DNA from: Diadema antillarum
Lineage: Eukaryota
Length of the DNA stretch: 64,000 nucleotides
Assembly: GCF_040938485.1 (NCBI RefSeq)
Contig: NW_027270978.1
Span: 310,001 to 374,000 of the forward strand
Direction of reading: 5' to 3'
Shown: positions 50,872 through 62,818 of the stretch, piece after piece
How the letters are laid out: each line of letters opens with the position of its first letter
Position numbering within the stretch: the stretch's first letter is position 1
The notes under the pieces: generated by a model
Told to the model about the DNA's origin: nothing
Databases searched by the model: none
Seen by the model: the letters and a program-made list of their open reading frames with translations, nothing else
Made by a program: the position numbers and the translations under genes

Positions 50872-51963
50872 AGTAGAAATTACGCGGTGCGTAATATATG
50901 TCCTCGCCGGAAGTAGCATTTAGTAGCAAAATGTACAATATAGGTAAAGAGATCAAGGTCAAAGGTCAAAGAAGTCAAAGGTCAAAATTCTGTGTTGAAG
51001 TTTTGAAGCCCTCACCTAGTGCCATCACATAAAGCAAACGGAATCGAAATCGGGTTAGAAATGGCGAAGGAGTAGCATTTTGTAGCCAATGTACAATATA
51101 GGTCAAAAAATCAAGGTCAAAGGTCAAAGAAGTCAAAGGTCAAAATTCTGTGTAGAAGTTTTGAAGCCCTCACCTAGTGCCATCACCTAAAGCACACTGA
51201 ATTGAAATCAGGTTACAAATGGCGAAGGAGTAGCATTTTGTAGCAAAATGTACAATATAGGTCAAAAATCAAGGTCAAAGGTCAAAGAAGTCAAAGGTCA
51301 AAATTCTGTGTAGCAGTTTTGAAGCCCTCACCTAGTGCCATCACCTAAAGCACACGGAATTGAAATCAGGTTACAAATGGCGAAGGAGTAGCATTTTGTA
51401 GCAAAATGTACAATATAGGTCAAAAATCAAGGTCAAAGGTCAAAGAAGTCAAAGGTCAAAATTTTGTGTAGAAGTTTTGAAGCCCTCACCTAGTGCCATC
51501 ACATAAAGCAAACGGGATCGAAATTGGGTTAGAAATGGCGAAGGAGTAGCATTTTGAAGCAAAATGTACAATATAGGTCAAAGGTCAAGGTCAAAGGTCA
51601 CAACTGAAATTCTGTGTAGAAGTTTCAAAGCTCCCATATAGTGCTATCATACAAAGCAAACAGAATCAAAATCTGGTTAGAAATGGCGAAGGAGTAGCAT
51701 TTTGAGGCAAAATGTACAATATAGGTCAAAGGTCAAGGTCAAAGGTCACAACTGAAATTCTGTGTAGAAGTTTCAAAGCTCCCATGTAGTGCTATCATAT
51801 AAAGCAAACAGAATCAAAATCGGCTCATAAATGACAGAGAAGTAGCAAATTGAACATTTTGATCACACACGGACGCACAGACGGACGGACGGACACACAG
51901 ACACACACACGTACGGAGCCCGTTTCATAGTCCCCTGCTCGAACTCGTTCGGCGGGGACAAAA
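50872..51963 (+). mobile_element. Helitron-derived (Tsp/DINE-1/HINE-like) element with internal 148-159 bp tandem repeats
   Basis: gtagca anchor at 50913, 51072, 51230, 51388, 51546, 51694 and 51842; GGTCAAAGGTCA motifs; (GACG/GACA)n microsatellite; terminal hairpin gtcccc..ggggac followed by an A-run. Confidence 0.7.
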
Positions 51964-52070
51964 AGCAAGGAGGAAATATAATTAGATAATTGTACTCATG
52001 CAAATCCATGGTTAGATATTTCTTTAACTCACTTTTCTGTTGGTGACATGAGGTCTGAAATGCAACTTAA

Positions 52071-52786
52071 CCCTATTCTAACGGGGGGCTGAAATTACCC
52101 CCCCCCCCCCCCCCCCCCCCCGCCTCGACATTTCGCACCATGATTCCGCAACTCACAAAGATTTCATGACTTTTTTTCATTTAAGTCTCCCACATATTTG
52201 CATATATGCATGTCGACCTAAAAACAGCTCAAATTCACGATATCGGGTGCAAATCCAATGCAAATTGAGGGTTTGTTTTTTAGTTAAATTTTATAAAATT
52301 GATATAAACTAAATTATTTCCACTTTTAATAATTGGAATTAATCAATTCTAATGTAGATAAGCTTGAAAAAGTGCCTACAACAAATTTTGGTCAAAAAAC
52401 AATAGAATACATTAAGAAATTAACAAAACAATAAAAAACAAAAGAAATTGACTTTGATTGTCCTATTTTCTTTCAAGAAAATTGTTTGGTGTGTCTTAAG
52501 GAATTCTGACACTAAAAATTAGCAATCCTTCAGTCTTTTTAATGGAGTTACAGATGAAAGTACAAATTCTATGCATAAATTTACAAAATCAATTTATCAA
52601 AAATAGAAAATCAATATTTTTCTATTATGTGACCATGTAATCTCGAAATTGACATCTGGCTCTATGTTCAGGCAAAATTTTGCGGCGATCCCGTCATCAG
52701 CGGCCAAGATCTGAAGGGGGGGGGGTCAAATTGACCCCCCCCCCCCAGTTAAAAACTTGGTCTCAAATAGCCCAGTTAGAATAGGG
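52071..52786. mobile_element. Non-autonomous piggyBac-like element
   Basis: ttaa|ccctattctaac ... gttagaataggg|ttaa. Confidence 0.8.
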
Positions 52787-53409
52787 TTAAGTAATGACAG
52801 TTTTACTAAAGGGCCAAACAGTACACTGTTTTAACTTTATATGAAATTGCACTGGGGAGCAGTCTGTTTCCTTATTTATGTGCAGATTAAAAGACTTGCT
52901 TCTGTATGAAACCTCCTGCATCATATCCATGGCAGACTTTGACTTTCATTCACTCGATTTTACTCCAAATTAGGGCATACACACTTTCTATTTCAAAAGG
53001 AGAATGGCAACGAAAACTGCGTGTTACACAATGTACCTGTGATTACCAAGCTAGAAAGGACTACCCATAAAGGTGACCACAAGAAAGCAAATCATCACTT
53101 ATAGGTCATAAGAGTACTCATACGATTCTACAGAAACAAGATTGACAAAGAAAGGTGTTGACAGCTGCACACAGTGAAACTGTACTAATATTAGGTAGAG
53201 ACAAGAGTTGTGTGTGTATATGTGCTGGTGTATAATCAGCCCGCTGGTGTGTTACACTTATAATTTGTCTTCATGCACATGCATGCGAACTTGTGTATGT
53301 TGGCATGCATGGGTGTGTTTGTGTGTATGCAGGTAGGGGAGAGGCGTATGGATGTGTGCATCGTATTCTTCTTAGATATCAGTCAACGAAAGCCAATTGG
53401 TAGTCGTAC

Positions 53410-53597
53410 CTGTGTCGCTATCTCTCGGGCCAGGGCAAGGGACCGGGTGTAGGCAGCTTCTTTGCTGTCATCCTGGTCAACACAGTGGTTGACTAGTCCA
53501 ATGCGGGCTGCTTCCTGTCCGTCCACCACTCGCCCGGTGAACATGAGCTCCTTGGCTACCGATGGACCAACCAATCTGGGCAGCCGCTGTGTTCCAC
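53410..53597 (-). CDS. AUH: AUH exon 6
   Basis: GGTQRLPRLVGPSVAKELMFTGRVVDGQEAARIGLVNH..AREIATQ, crotonase core; 188 nt. Confidence 0.93.
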
Positions 53598-53708
53598 CTT
53601 CACAAAGATAAAACCACAAAAGATATATAAATGCATTGTCCTCTCATTTCCTGTCTCCTTTATTTTTTCTCTGATTCTGGATAGGCCGATCCCCACTTCT
53701 TCTTTAAA

Positions 53709-54775
53709 AACAAGCCAAGTACCAAATTGTGTCTCGCCCATTCGCGTACAAGAAATTAATATTTTTCTAACTCCCAGAAGTTCATTGACCCACCTATGAC
53801 CTTTGACCTTGTGGTGACCTTCAACTCCCCAAGGGACATTTACCATCCAAGTCTGGTCACAAACGGACAAAGGGATCAAAAGTTATGAGCCATAATCGAA
53901 ACGCGCCATAAAAACTTAACAATGGGCCCTAAAAATTTGTTGACCCCTTTCTGTGACCTTTGACCTTGTGATGACCTTTCATTCCCCAAGGGACATCTAC
54001 CGTCCAAGTTTGGTCACAAACGGACTTAGGGATCAAAAGTTATGAGCCACATTCGAAATGCGCCACAAAAACTTAACATTGGGCCCTAAAAGTTTGTTGA
54101 CCCCTTTCTGTGACCTTTGACCTTGTGATGACCTTCAACTCCCAAGGGACATCTATCATCCAAGTTTGGTCACAAACGGACAAATGGATCAAAAGTTATG
54201 AGCCACAATCAAAACGCGCCCTAAAAACTTAACATTGGACCCAAAAGTACGTTGACCCCTGCCTGTGACCTTTGACCTTGTGATGACCTTCACCTTCCCA
54301 AGGGACATCTACCATCCAAGTTTGGTCACAAACGGACAAAGGGATCAAAAGTTATAAGCCATAATCAAAACGCGCCACAAAAACTTAACATTGGGCCCAA
54401 AAAGTTTGTTGTCCCCTGTCTGTGACCTTTGACCTTGAGGTAACCTTCAACTTCCCAAGGGACATGTACCATCTAAGTTTGCTCACAAACAGACAGATAC
54501 ATCAAAATTTACGAGCCATAAACGAAACGCGCCCTAAAAAGTTAACATTGGGCCCTAAAGTTCATTGACCTCTGCCGGTGACCTTTGACCTTGAGGAGCC
54601 CTTCATGTTTGGTAAAATGTGTAACTTCCCTCCAAGTTTGATTGAAATTGAAATCCTCAGTAGAGAGTTACTAAAGTTTTTGTGGCGTTACGGACAGACG
54701 ACGTACGGACGGACGACGGACGGACGGACGACGGACCTTTATCTCCCCACACCTCCGGTGGGCTCAACAAAAAAA
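53709..54775 (+). mobile_element. Second Helitron-derived minisatellite element (about 157-bp unit)
   Basis: tgacctttgacc anchor at 53797, 53954, 54111, 54266, 54423 and 54579; (GACG)n microsatellite; short 3' hairpin and A-run. Confidence 0.7.
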
Positions 54776-54825
54776 CTGAAATACAGAAATTAATTATAAT
54801 GTAGCATAAGTGATACAGCCGTATC

Positions 54826-55003
54826 AGGGAATACCCCTCCTCCCCCAAGGACAATTACCCCCGGCCAAAATACTGGTTAGTGATAAAGTTAGAATAGAGA
54901 TTACTGTTAGGGTTAGATTTAAGGTTAGAGTTTGGGTTAGGGTTAGGATTCGGGTCAGGGGAAGGGTCTGGGGTAATTCCCAGGAGGTAATTTCCCTGGA
55001 CCC
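54826..55003. repeat. Degenerate TTAGGG-like dispersed repeat
   Basis: gttagggttagatttaaggttagagttttgggttagggttagg core. Confidence 0.6.
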
Positions 55004-55676
55004 CATACAGCTCTTCTGCTCACCAAACCCAATGTATGATATACTAGTACTACATATTTTGAGCAGAAGTACTAAACACAAAGTGCACGTAAACAAAATG
55101 TTTTTCTCAGTATGGATATTTAATAAAGGTTGTAGGTGATCTGCGTACCCTAAGCGGAGCCTGTTCCCATGTGGGACTATACTGTTTCCAATTGAAGGCT
55201 CCTTCAGTTTTCAGGAATAAACCCTTATGTGAGATATGCACTAAAGAAATTGAAGTTGACATCTGAATGTAAAATATCAACTTATTCTCACATCTTAATA
55301 TAATGTTGGTTGGTTCACTGAAACACACAGGAAATGATGAAAATTGACAACGCCTATGTGGGTTGAAATTCCTCTGAACTCTACAGGTATGTGTGGCAAA
55401 ATAAATCCACACAATTTATTTGCTGTTTTGTTGACAATTATCATAACAAACTAATTTCTCCTTCAAAAGATTTGGTTTTTGAAGCACTACTCACTCTATA
55501 CATAAAATGTATATGCATTTATATCATTTTCACATCCAATCAATGAAGATACACCTAAGATGTATATCTCCATTCATGACATTTTCACATCCAAGCAATG
55601 AAATTTTACTACATATTCACTGATTTCAACAACTTGAAGGGATTTTCAGAGTCCCTCATGACAATCATTCACATAC

Positions 55677-55733
55677 CTCCTCCTGGAATAATGGCGAGTT
55701 TGGCTTCCACTAGTCCCATTTTGGCACTTGAAG
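55677..55733 (-). CDS. AUH: AUH exon 5 (second catalytic Glu, GLVE)
   Basis: ASSAKMGLVEAKLAIIPGGG; 57 nt; phase 1 to 1. Confidence 0.92.
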
Positions 55734-56359
55734 CTGCAAGAGAGAAACAGCACATCAGAATCGCTTCAATTTGCTGCCAGTGAACATACAATATGCCAAT
55801 GAATACATGGACTGAGAAATGGACTACACACTGCAAAAGTCAAGATATTGGTAAGATGTTTAGGTACAGCCAACAAACTATGCATTCATAGAGAAATATA
55901 AAATTCTATTGGACGAATATCAAGTTCATTTCCTGAACCAATAAAAAAGGTAACGTGATATAAATAAAGCATACAGTATTACACTGAGATATTGTGTTCT
56001 CTGATTCATATAGTGGATTAAATGCATGCCACTCTTGCAATGCTGTCAAAAAAAAAAAAAAAGACAGACAAACATTCACAGGCCTATTTTGTGACATTAG
56101 TCTGTACAGAAACATGCTGTCAAAAGCCTCTTGAACAAAAGTTTCTGTCAGCAAGATAAGTTCATTTTGATATGAAATACTACAGACCTACACATGGAAT
56201 ATTTTGCAGTCTGGAAGCTTTGTTTGTGTGCACACGTGTATGTTTTTCTTTTCAATTTAATGCATCACTGAATTTGCATGACAATGATACAGACGAATGG
56301 AGGAGACAAAGGAACACATACAAGAATACCTTTACCCTTGAAATCACTAACAAGCAAGT

Positions 56360-56791
56360 TACTGTAAAAGTGGTTTCTTTCGCGGTGGTTTTATTTTCGC
56401 GCTTTTCGCGCTTTGAGGTTGAACCACGAATTTAACATCACGCGAAAATGTTTTGAACTCGCCGTTTGTTACAACGCTATTGCGCACATGCACACACGAA
56501 GATTCCGCGCACTGAGTGTATTGATGGTCAACACACACACAGCGATACCGCACAATCTTATAAAGTACTTGAGAGACGGGATTTCAGGTAAGTCTGTCTT
56601 TAATTCTAATTTCTATTTGATAAATAAAAGAATAATTGGATTACAGTTTGGGTCTTCATGTGCAAAATAAAGCTTTTGCCGACTGTGAATTCACAGATTT
56701 TGCCGACCGCGAATTTAAACACACGCGAAAAAGTCGGCACCGATGGAAACCACGAAAGTATCTGTACGCAAAAGAAACCACTTTTACAGTA
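56360..56791. mobile_element. MITE with TACTGTAAAAGTGG termini
   Basis: tactgtaaaagtggtttcttt ... aaagaaaccacttttacagta. Confidence 0.78.
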
Positions 56792-57667
56792 ACTGAAAGC
56801 AATCCAGCATGACAAATTAATCACCTAAAATTTCCACAGCACAATACAAACATCACAGTCATTTCACTCATTAGCAACACTAGCAGAGCTCACCGGTACC
56901 AACGTACATGCATTATGCTCATGACTGTGGTTTCTTTTGGATGAAATGAGTAGAGCATTTTGGACTTTGACACAAGGCTATACTGAATATGAAATATAAT
57001 ATTTACACAATATTCACTATGGCAACACCAATTTCATTTCTTATAAATTTCATTTATTCATTATTTTTTTCTGATCTACAACTAACAAGGCTATTTCAGA
57101 GTGCTAAAACATTGGCAAAGTAAGCACATGAGCAACCAAGTATGAACAAAAAAGTAATATGCTGGCCCACATGTAAAACAGGAAGCAAGAAAGTATAATG
57201 ATAGTACATCTCGGCTCTAAAGGAGCAATACAAGGACAAAAATTCCCAAATATAGTGTCAATATAAGCATGGTCATTAATTTCAAAACTCTGGAGAAGAC
57301 GAAAAAATGTTGAAATGAAATAAGGTGTAATAACAAAGTTGCAAATGTAGCTCTATCAAATCCGCAATGAGCAAGAAAAAGATATGTACATATAGAGGTG
57401 GAAAGGTTGGTATTCTATAAGTGAGCACATCAGAAGTCTGCAGCAGAGGACTGGAGCAATCTGAAGTCAGAGTCCTGGTTACCTTAAAATGGATAGAATG
57501 GCAGTAGTAAAGAAAGATAAAGGTGTGCTGAGTCTACATTCTGGCAAATGCACAAGCACAATCAGCATAGCAAACAAAACCTATCAAGGAAACAGCATGA
57601 TATCATCAAGCCAGCCCAGGAGAAAACATGCATGTTTGTTTGTCATTGGATTAATGGACTGTCTCAC

Positions 57668-57847
57668 CAGCTACCATCATGTCACATGACAGGGCCATCT
57701 CTAGGCCGCCGCCCACGGCAACGCCGTCAAGAGCCGCTATGGTAGGCATGGGCAGGTCACCGAACTCGAGGATGGTCTTGCGCAATCGTGCGACAAACGG
57801 ACCAACTTCTTCCTGTGGCATCTTTATTCGTTCCTTCAGGTCGGCTC
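57668..57847 (-). CDS. AUH: AUH exon 4b (one of two tandem alternative copies)
   Basis: [60 protein letters not shown]; 180 nt; cag|/|gtgag sites. Confidence 0.9.
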
Positions 57848-57932
57848 CTGGGGGAACGTAAAAACACAGTCGGGAGAGGGAGATAACACATCAGTGCTAT
57901 CAACTGCGAAAGCGAAACTGCAAACAACTTAC

Positions 57933-58112
57933 AGGCGACTCTCATGTCGCAGCTTAGTGCCATCTCCATTCCCCCGCCCACGGCGACCCCGTCGATGGCA
58001 GCTATGGTCGGCATGGGCAAGTCACCCAGATCCAGAATCAGCTGGCGCCCTCTACTGACGGCTGGGCCCACCTCGTGCTCCTTCATCATGATACGCTCTT
58101 TCAAATCCGCAC
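57933..58112 (-). CDS. AUH: AUH exon 4a (one of two tandem alternative copies)
   Basis: [60 protein letters not shown]; 180 nt; tag|/|gtaagt sites. Confidence 0.88.
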
Positions 58113-58164
58113 CTAAAGTGTCGGCACATTGGATCACAATATACGTTCCTTGGCATTTCAGGAC

Positions 58165-58377
58165 TACTGTAAAAGTGGAAATTTTCGCGGTGTTGAAATT
58201 TTCGTGCATTTCGCGCAACCAGAAACTAGCGTGAAAATAAAAGCACGCGAATACTTTTGCTTGCCATATGTTTCAGTAGTTTATGTCTTGATTCTGCGGA
58301 ATTAAAAACACGCGAAACTCTTCTTAGCCGGCTGAGCGCAAAAAGTTAATCGCCGGAAAATGTCCACTTTTACAGTA
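58165..58377. mobile_element. MITE of the same TACTGTAAAAGTGG family, about 52 nt from the AUH exon 4a acceptor
   Basis: tactgtaaaagtgga ... tccacttttacagta. Confidence 0.78.
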
Positions 58378-58822
58378 TCTACTTCTCAAAGCAAATTTCT
58401 GCATACCTGTACTACTTACATTGCCCTTTAGAGAGCTAAATATGGGAACTAGTGACACATATAATTATAATTGTCCATGTCAATGGTTTTACATATCAAC
58501 ATACTGATCAGAGCCCTTCTTCCAAGCTCAGCAGATCAAAAATGATAATGATGGACTATTATCAAAATAATCTGAAGAACCATGATATCTAATTTTGGTA
58601 AAAAATGGGAACATTTGCAGAAAAACATGCTCTATCATTTCAGAAAAAAACTTCAAAATATACTATCTAACTTTACATAACTAAAGACATATTGTACTAA
58701 TGCACAAGTCATCAGACTCACTTATTATGGCTTTGAGGTTGAGTAATATAAAATGTCATCTCAAATGAAAGAAGACTACAATGTATTTAATGAAAGCAAA
58801 GGATGAATTCATGGATCCAAAC

Positions 58823-58910
58823 CTGCACAGAAAATTCCAGGGACTTCACTTCTGATGACAACTGCTCTGACATTGTTATCAAACTTTACCGACATCACCG
58901 CCTCTTCCAT
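58823..58910 (-). CDS. AUH: AUH exon 3
   Basis: MEEAVMSVKFDNNVRAVVIRSEVPGIFCAG; 88 nt. Confidence 0.9.
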
Positions 58911-59730
58911 CTAGAATGTAAAGACAATTTCAATTTAAATTTATTTTCAGCTTTCATATCAAAATGTCACATAATACAAAAACTACAAAGTCTTACAAAT
59001 TAGGTGAAATGTGCTGGGGCTGTATCCTTTTGTTATTTAGACTAGCAGCCAACAAACAGAATCGAAAATCACGACTTTTTCTTACAATATCTAATGTTTT
59101 AAATAGGCATAGAATATTTCCCAAAGTTTGTTGAGAGTAAAAGCAACTTTTGTACAACCCAAATGGCATCAAGAAGTCTGATTATTGCACTGACAGCTTG
59201 TACAGTAAAAGTTACTATCATTTTCATTTGGAAATTGCTATAGCAACAGGGCCCAGCAGGTCTCAAAACTCAAATAGAGTGTATATTGTATGCTGAGAAT
59301 TGAGGTGTTCCTCCTTTATTTTGATTTTTTGCTGAATGTGTAAAAAACAAACAAACAAACAAACAAACAAACAAACAAAGGGTCCAGCAGGTCTCAAAAC
59401 TCATAAAGAAGGTATACTTTATGCTTGGAGGATCGAGTTGTTCCTCTTTTATTTTGATTTCTTGCCAAATATGTAAAAAACAAACAAAGAGTGTACAGGT
59501 ATCTGTAGAATCTAAGCCATATACATAAAGACATTTACAAAGATAATTTCTTATTCTGATGCACCAGATACTGGTATATCTTTATATACGTGTAGCTGGC
59601 ACATGTATTGCAAATTTCATGATCTGGATTTGTCTTTCATCCCTTCCTTCACTGGAATGATGAACTTTTGTCACGGGTGTTTTATTTGAGAGAAAATATT
59701 TCATAAATACAAATATCAAAGGATACTTAC

Positions 59731-59798
59731 TAGTCTTAGAAGGTTTTTGCTGATTGCATTCTTGGCTTCAGGTCTGTTCAGTCCAAGGACAACAATTT
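59731..59798 (-). CDS. AUH: AUH exon 2
   Basis: EIVVLGLNRPEAKNAISKNLLRL; 68 nt. Confidence 0.9.
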
Positions 59799-60101
59799 CT
59801 GTTGTTAGAAAAAAAAAAGCAATTTTATCAACAAACTGCTATGGGCGCATTATAACATTCCACACTTTTTCTCACAAATTTTGAAGCAACTAATAGTGTA
59901 ATGCCCTATTATGCAGTATTCATGTGTGTTTGTAAATGACACATTCAAGGTGGAAGGATACTTGGCGATTGTGAAAAACAATATCTAGGGTCTAACTGCC
60001 AAGTAAATGTTGTACAAGGTCACTTCTGCAAATATTGTTATGGTTCACTTTCCCACTGTCCGGTGATGATATACCGGTACATATCTACTTTAAATGGTAT
60101 A

Positions 60102-60284
60102 CAGTGCAATTCCAATATAACAAACATGGTTTTAACAAAATTCCGGTTACAACGCAATAAGAATCAGGTCCAACATTATCCTTTCTATGTTTTTTATTGT
60201 TTATTTGTTTGGTTACAACGAAATTTCAATATGATGAAAGAAAATTACCGGTCCCAAGGACTTCTTTACAACAGGAGTCCACTG
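60102..60284. mobile_element. Pogo/Tigger-like MITE (same family as 45460-45630)
   Basis: ta|cagtgcaattcc ... ggagtccactg|ta. Confidence 0.68.
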
Positions 60285-61469
60285 TAATTTGAAATGTAGT
60301 ATGCCTACATATACATTGTGCGAAATTTTAGTGAAGGGTAAACAGAATTTTTGTCTACAAGAGAAATAGATACAGATTTACAATTCTTGTAACCATAAAA
60401 TCTTCAATCTGAACATAGACCATTTGTGTGTGCCCGTCTCAAACCCTCAAAAAGTTGCAGATTAGGGTTCTCAGTTATGGACCAAAATGGCCATTTGGGT
60501 TGACTGACTCAAACTTTTAATGTTTGTCTTGCATGGGAGGGTAATCCCTTCTCTACCTTTTATCAAAATTTGGCAACAGAGAGAGAAAAAAAAAAAATTC
60601 AGGTATTTGCAGACAGTTTTTCTGGACCATTTTTTAATCTTTTTTTTTTTTTTTTACAGGTGCTGCTTCGCTTCATTTTTCACTGATACTTCCGCACAGC
60701 ACGCCTGAGTGACCATATCTTTAAATCCTCTTTTCTCCTTTTTGTATGAAACTGCATCTCCTAACTCTCTAGTCTTACACAGACATCTCATCCGGTCAAT
60801 GGATTTGAAATTTGTGCACAAACCCGTGATGTGTGCGCATGCGCTGGCAGTCAATTCAGTGTAGCTCTCCCAGGTTCCTCTCGACCGGTTCACATTAAGT
60901 CATCAATTCGAACAGAAAGGGACGTTTGGCAGAACCAAACGTTGCACGTTACCTGTTGTCAACACTTTAACTTCACCTGTAAGTCTTCAAATTGAAGAAA
61001 TTTTTCGATTTTAAGTTGATATTTATCCGCGATACTATCCCTGTCATGATCCTGAATGCTACAGTCCGCAGCCTCATTACGCTACGTAGTATACGTTTGG
61101 GGCTGCTGCCCAGTGCTGGTCGCATTTACATCTTTTAATTGCATTTGGACCTAGGCCTATCATAAATGACAAATCGTCCATGAGTTGCCAACTTTATAGA
61201 TAACAGAAGTCATATAAAACAGACAGTGTTCTAGTTGTCTAGTGACGTGTCTGACTGTCTATATTGTTTCTACTAAACGAGCATAGTCCCGGTAGCGTAG
61301 AGGGCGCTGTTGATGATACTGCCGATCACCATTAGCATTGAGATACGAAGATTACCGAAGTTGAGCTGTCATCAAGAGTATTGTAAAGTGCGTAGCTGTT
61401 GCCAAGTAACATTGCCTTCATTGTCTTTTCTGCGCATCGTGCAGTCTGTAGTAATGCAAGGGTGCGTGC

Positions 61470-62115
61470 ATATCAGTTCGGGAAACCCACTCACAAGGGG
61501 GGCCCCTCCTTATAAGTAACCTGTCCCCCTTATAAGTAACCCCCGGGGCACCCCTTATAAGGAGTCTCCACGCTTTTTTGCAATGCAACGCGAAAATGAA
61601 AGGACTGCGGCAATTCGCTTGATTATGTCCATAAAGCTTCACAAGTTTCCTAGTTACTCACGAAATTTGAGCAAAATCGGTTCGAGGCATCATATCTAAA
61701 ATCATGGATTTAAATGCGATGTCAAACGACCCATGCGAATGCTGAAATGCGAGCGATTACTGGCGCGAGTGTCGCCAGGCGCGGCGGCGCGGCAATGCTT
61801 GAGTGCAGACGTGGCGACTGAGTACGGAGACTTTCGTTCATTCAGGTGGCTTTAAATGAAGGAAAAATAACAAAAGTAACGAAATAGTCAACCACCTACC
61901 TTTGCAATTGGTATGCATATATACAAAAGGATACGTTCCCATAGGGTTGTCCAGTTGAAGTCGTCCCTAAACAAAAATTTTAAGTTGAAACTTGCAAGTT
62001 TCGCCGATGAAGCTTGAAATTTCCAACAGCTCCCGCATTCAGCACGTTGTTCAGCGCAGCTCTGCGCAGCTATAAGGAGGGGCCCCCCTTGTGAGTGGGT
62101 TTCCCGAACTGATAT
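61470..62115. mobile_element. About 650-bp non-autonomous DNA transposon with 45-bp perfect TIRs in AUH intron 1
   Basis: atatcagttcgggaaacccactcacaaggggggcccctccttata at 61470-61514 and its exact reverse complement at 62071-62115. Confidence 0.82.
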
Positions 62116-62661
62116 GTATGTGCTTGTTTAATATTATGACATCACGAAAGAAGTTTGCTAAAGCTGTCATCCCCCTCAGCTGAATCATGAGCTGAACTGT
62201 GATCCGACCACTGACTAACGTTACAGTGAATCGGACTTCTTCGGACTCGGGGAAGTGGGCCAAATACAAAGCGTAAGCGCTAAAGAGGAGTCGATAGCGT
62301 AGGTCTCTATAAATTTAAGCATTTTGATAAGTAGGAAACTTGCGCCGTGCGCCCTAACACAGTCACCGGGACCATGCACATTTGAACCATGGGGGCATGA
62401 TGATGGAGCCCTATAAAATTAGTAATGCTGCAGCTAGGTTCAGTATGCATGCATCCGCATACACGCACTGGCTGTTGTTTATTTGCACTGCACTGCTGCA
62501 GCTGCAGAGCTGTAGCGAGTAGGCCTCCTGCAGCAAGCTACAGAGCATGCCGCGCCGCCGCGTTCAGCCCGCTGCGCTGCTGCGCGCTAGCTGGCGCTGC
62601 ATAGCAGCACAGCATGATTAGAATCAATCTGTTTAAAAACTTGAAGTAAAATGTGACAAAC

Positions 62662-62818
62662 CTCCATCGTCGAGGTAATTAACACGTAGGTCATCGGGGG
62701 ATGAACTATATCTACACGTTTGAGTAAGCAGATATTGTCTCCTTACGACTGCTCGCGACTTTAGCAAACCAGAACTGGCAGAAGATCGCAGCAGGAGTTT
62801 CGCCATGTAAGTCGCCAT
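62662..62818 (-). CDS. AUH: AUH exon 1 (mitochondrial targeting-like peptide)
   Basis: MATYMAKLLLRSSASSGLLKSRAVVRRQYLLTQTCRYSSSPDDLRVNYLDDG: R/S/L-rich and acid-free N-terminus; donor GGAG|gtttgt, phase compatible with exon 2. Total about 304 aa with one exon 4. Confidence 0.82.

Noticed and set aside
54810-55139. ORFs with VRVRVR/LTLTLT periodicity and a possible interstitial telomere
   Set aside because: Translation artefacts of a short degenerate TTAGGG-like dispersed repeat, not a true telomeric array.
60654-60893. 79-aa minus-strand ORF in AUH intron 1 with a nearby GCGCATGCGC
   Set aside because: No recognisable domain or consistent splice sites, and not needed for the AUH frame.
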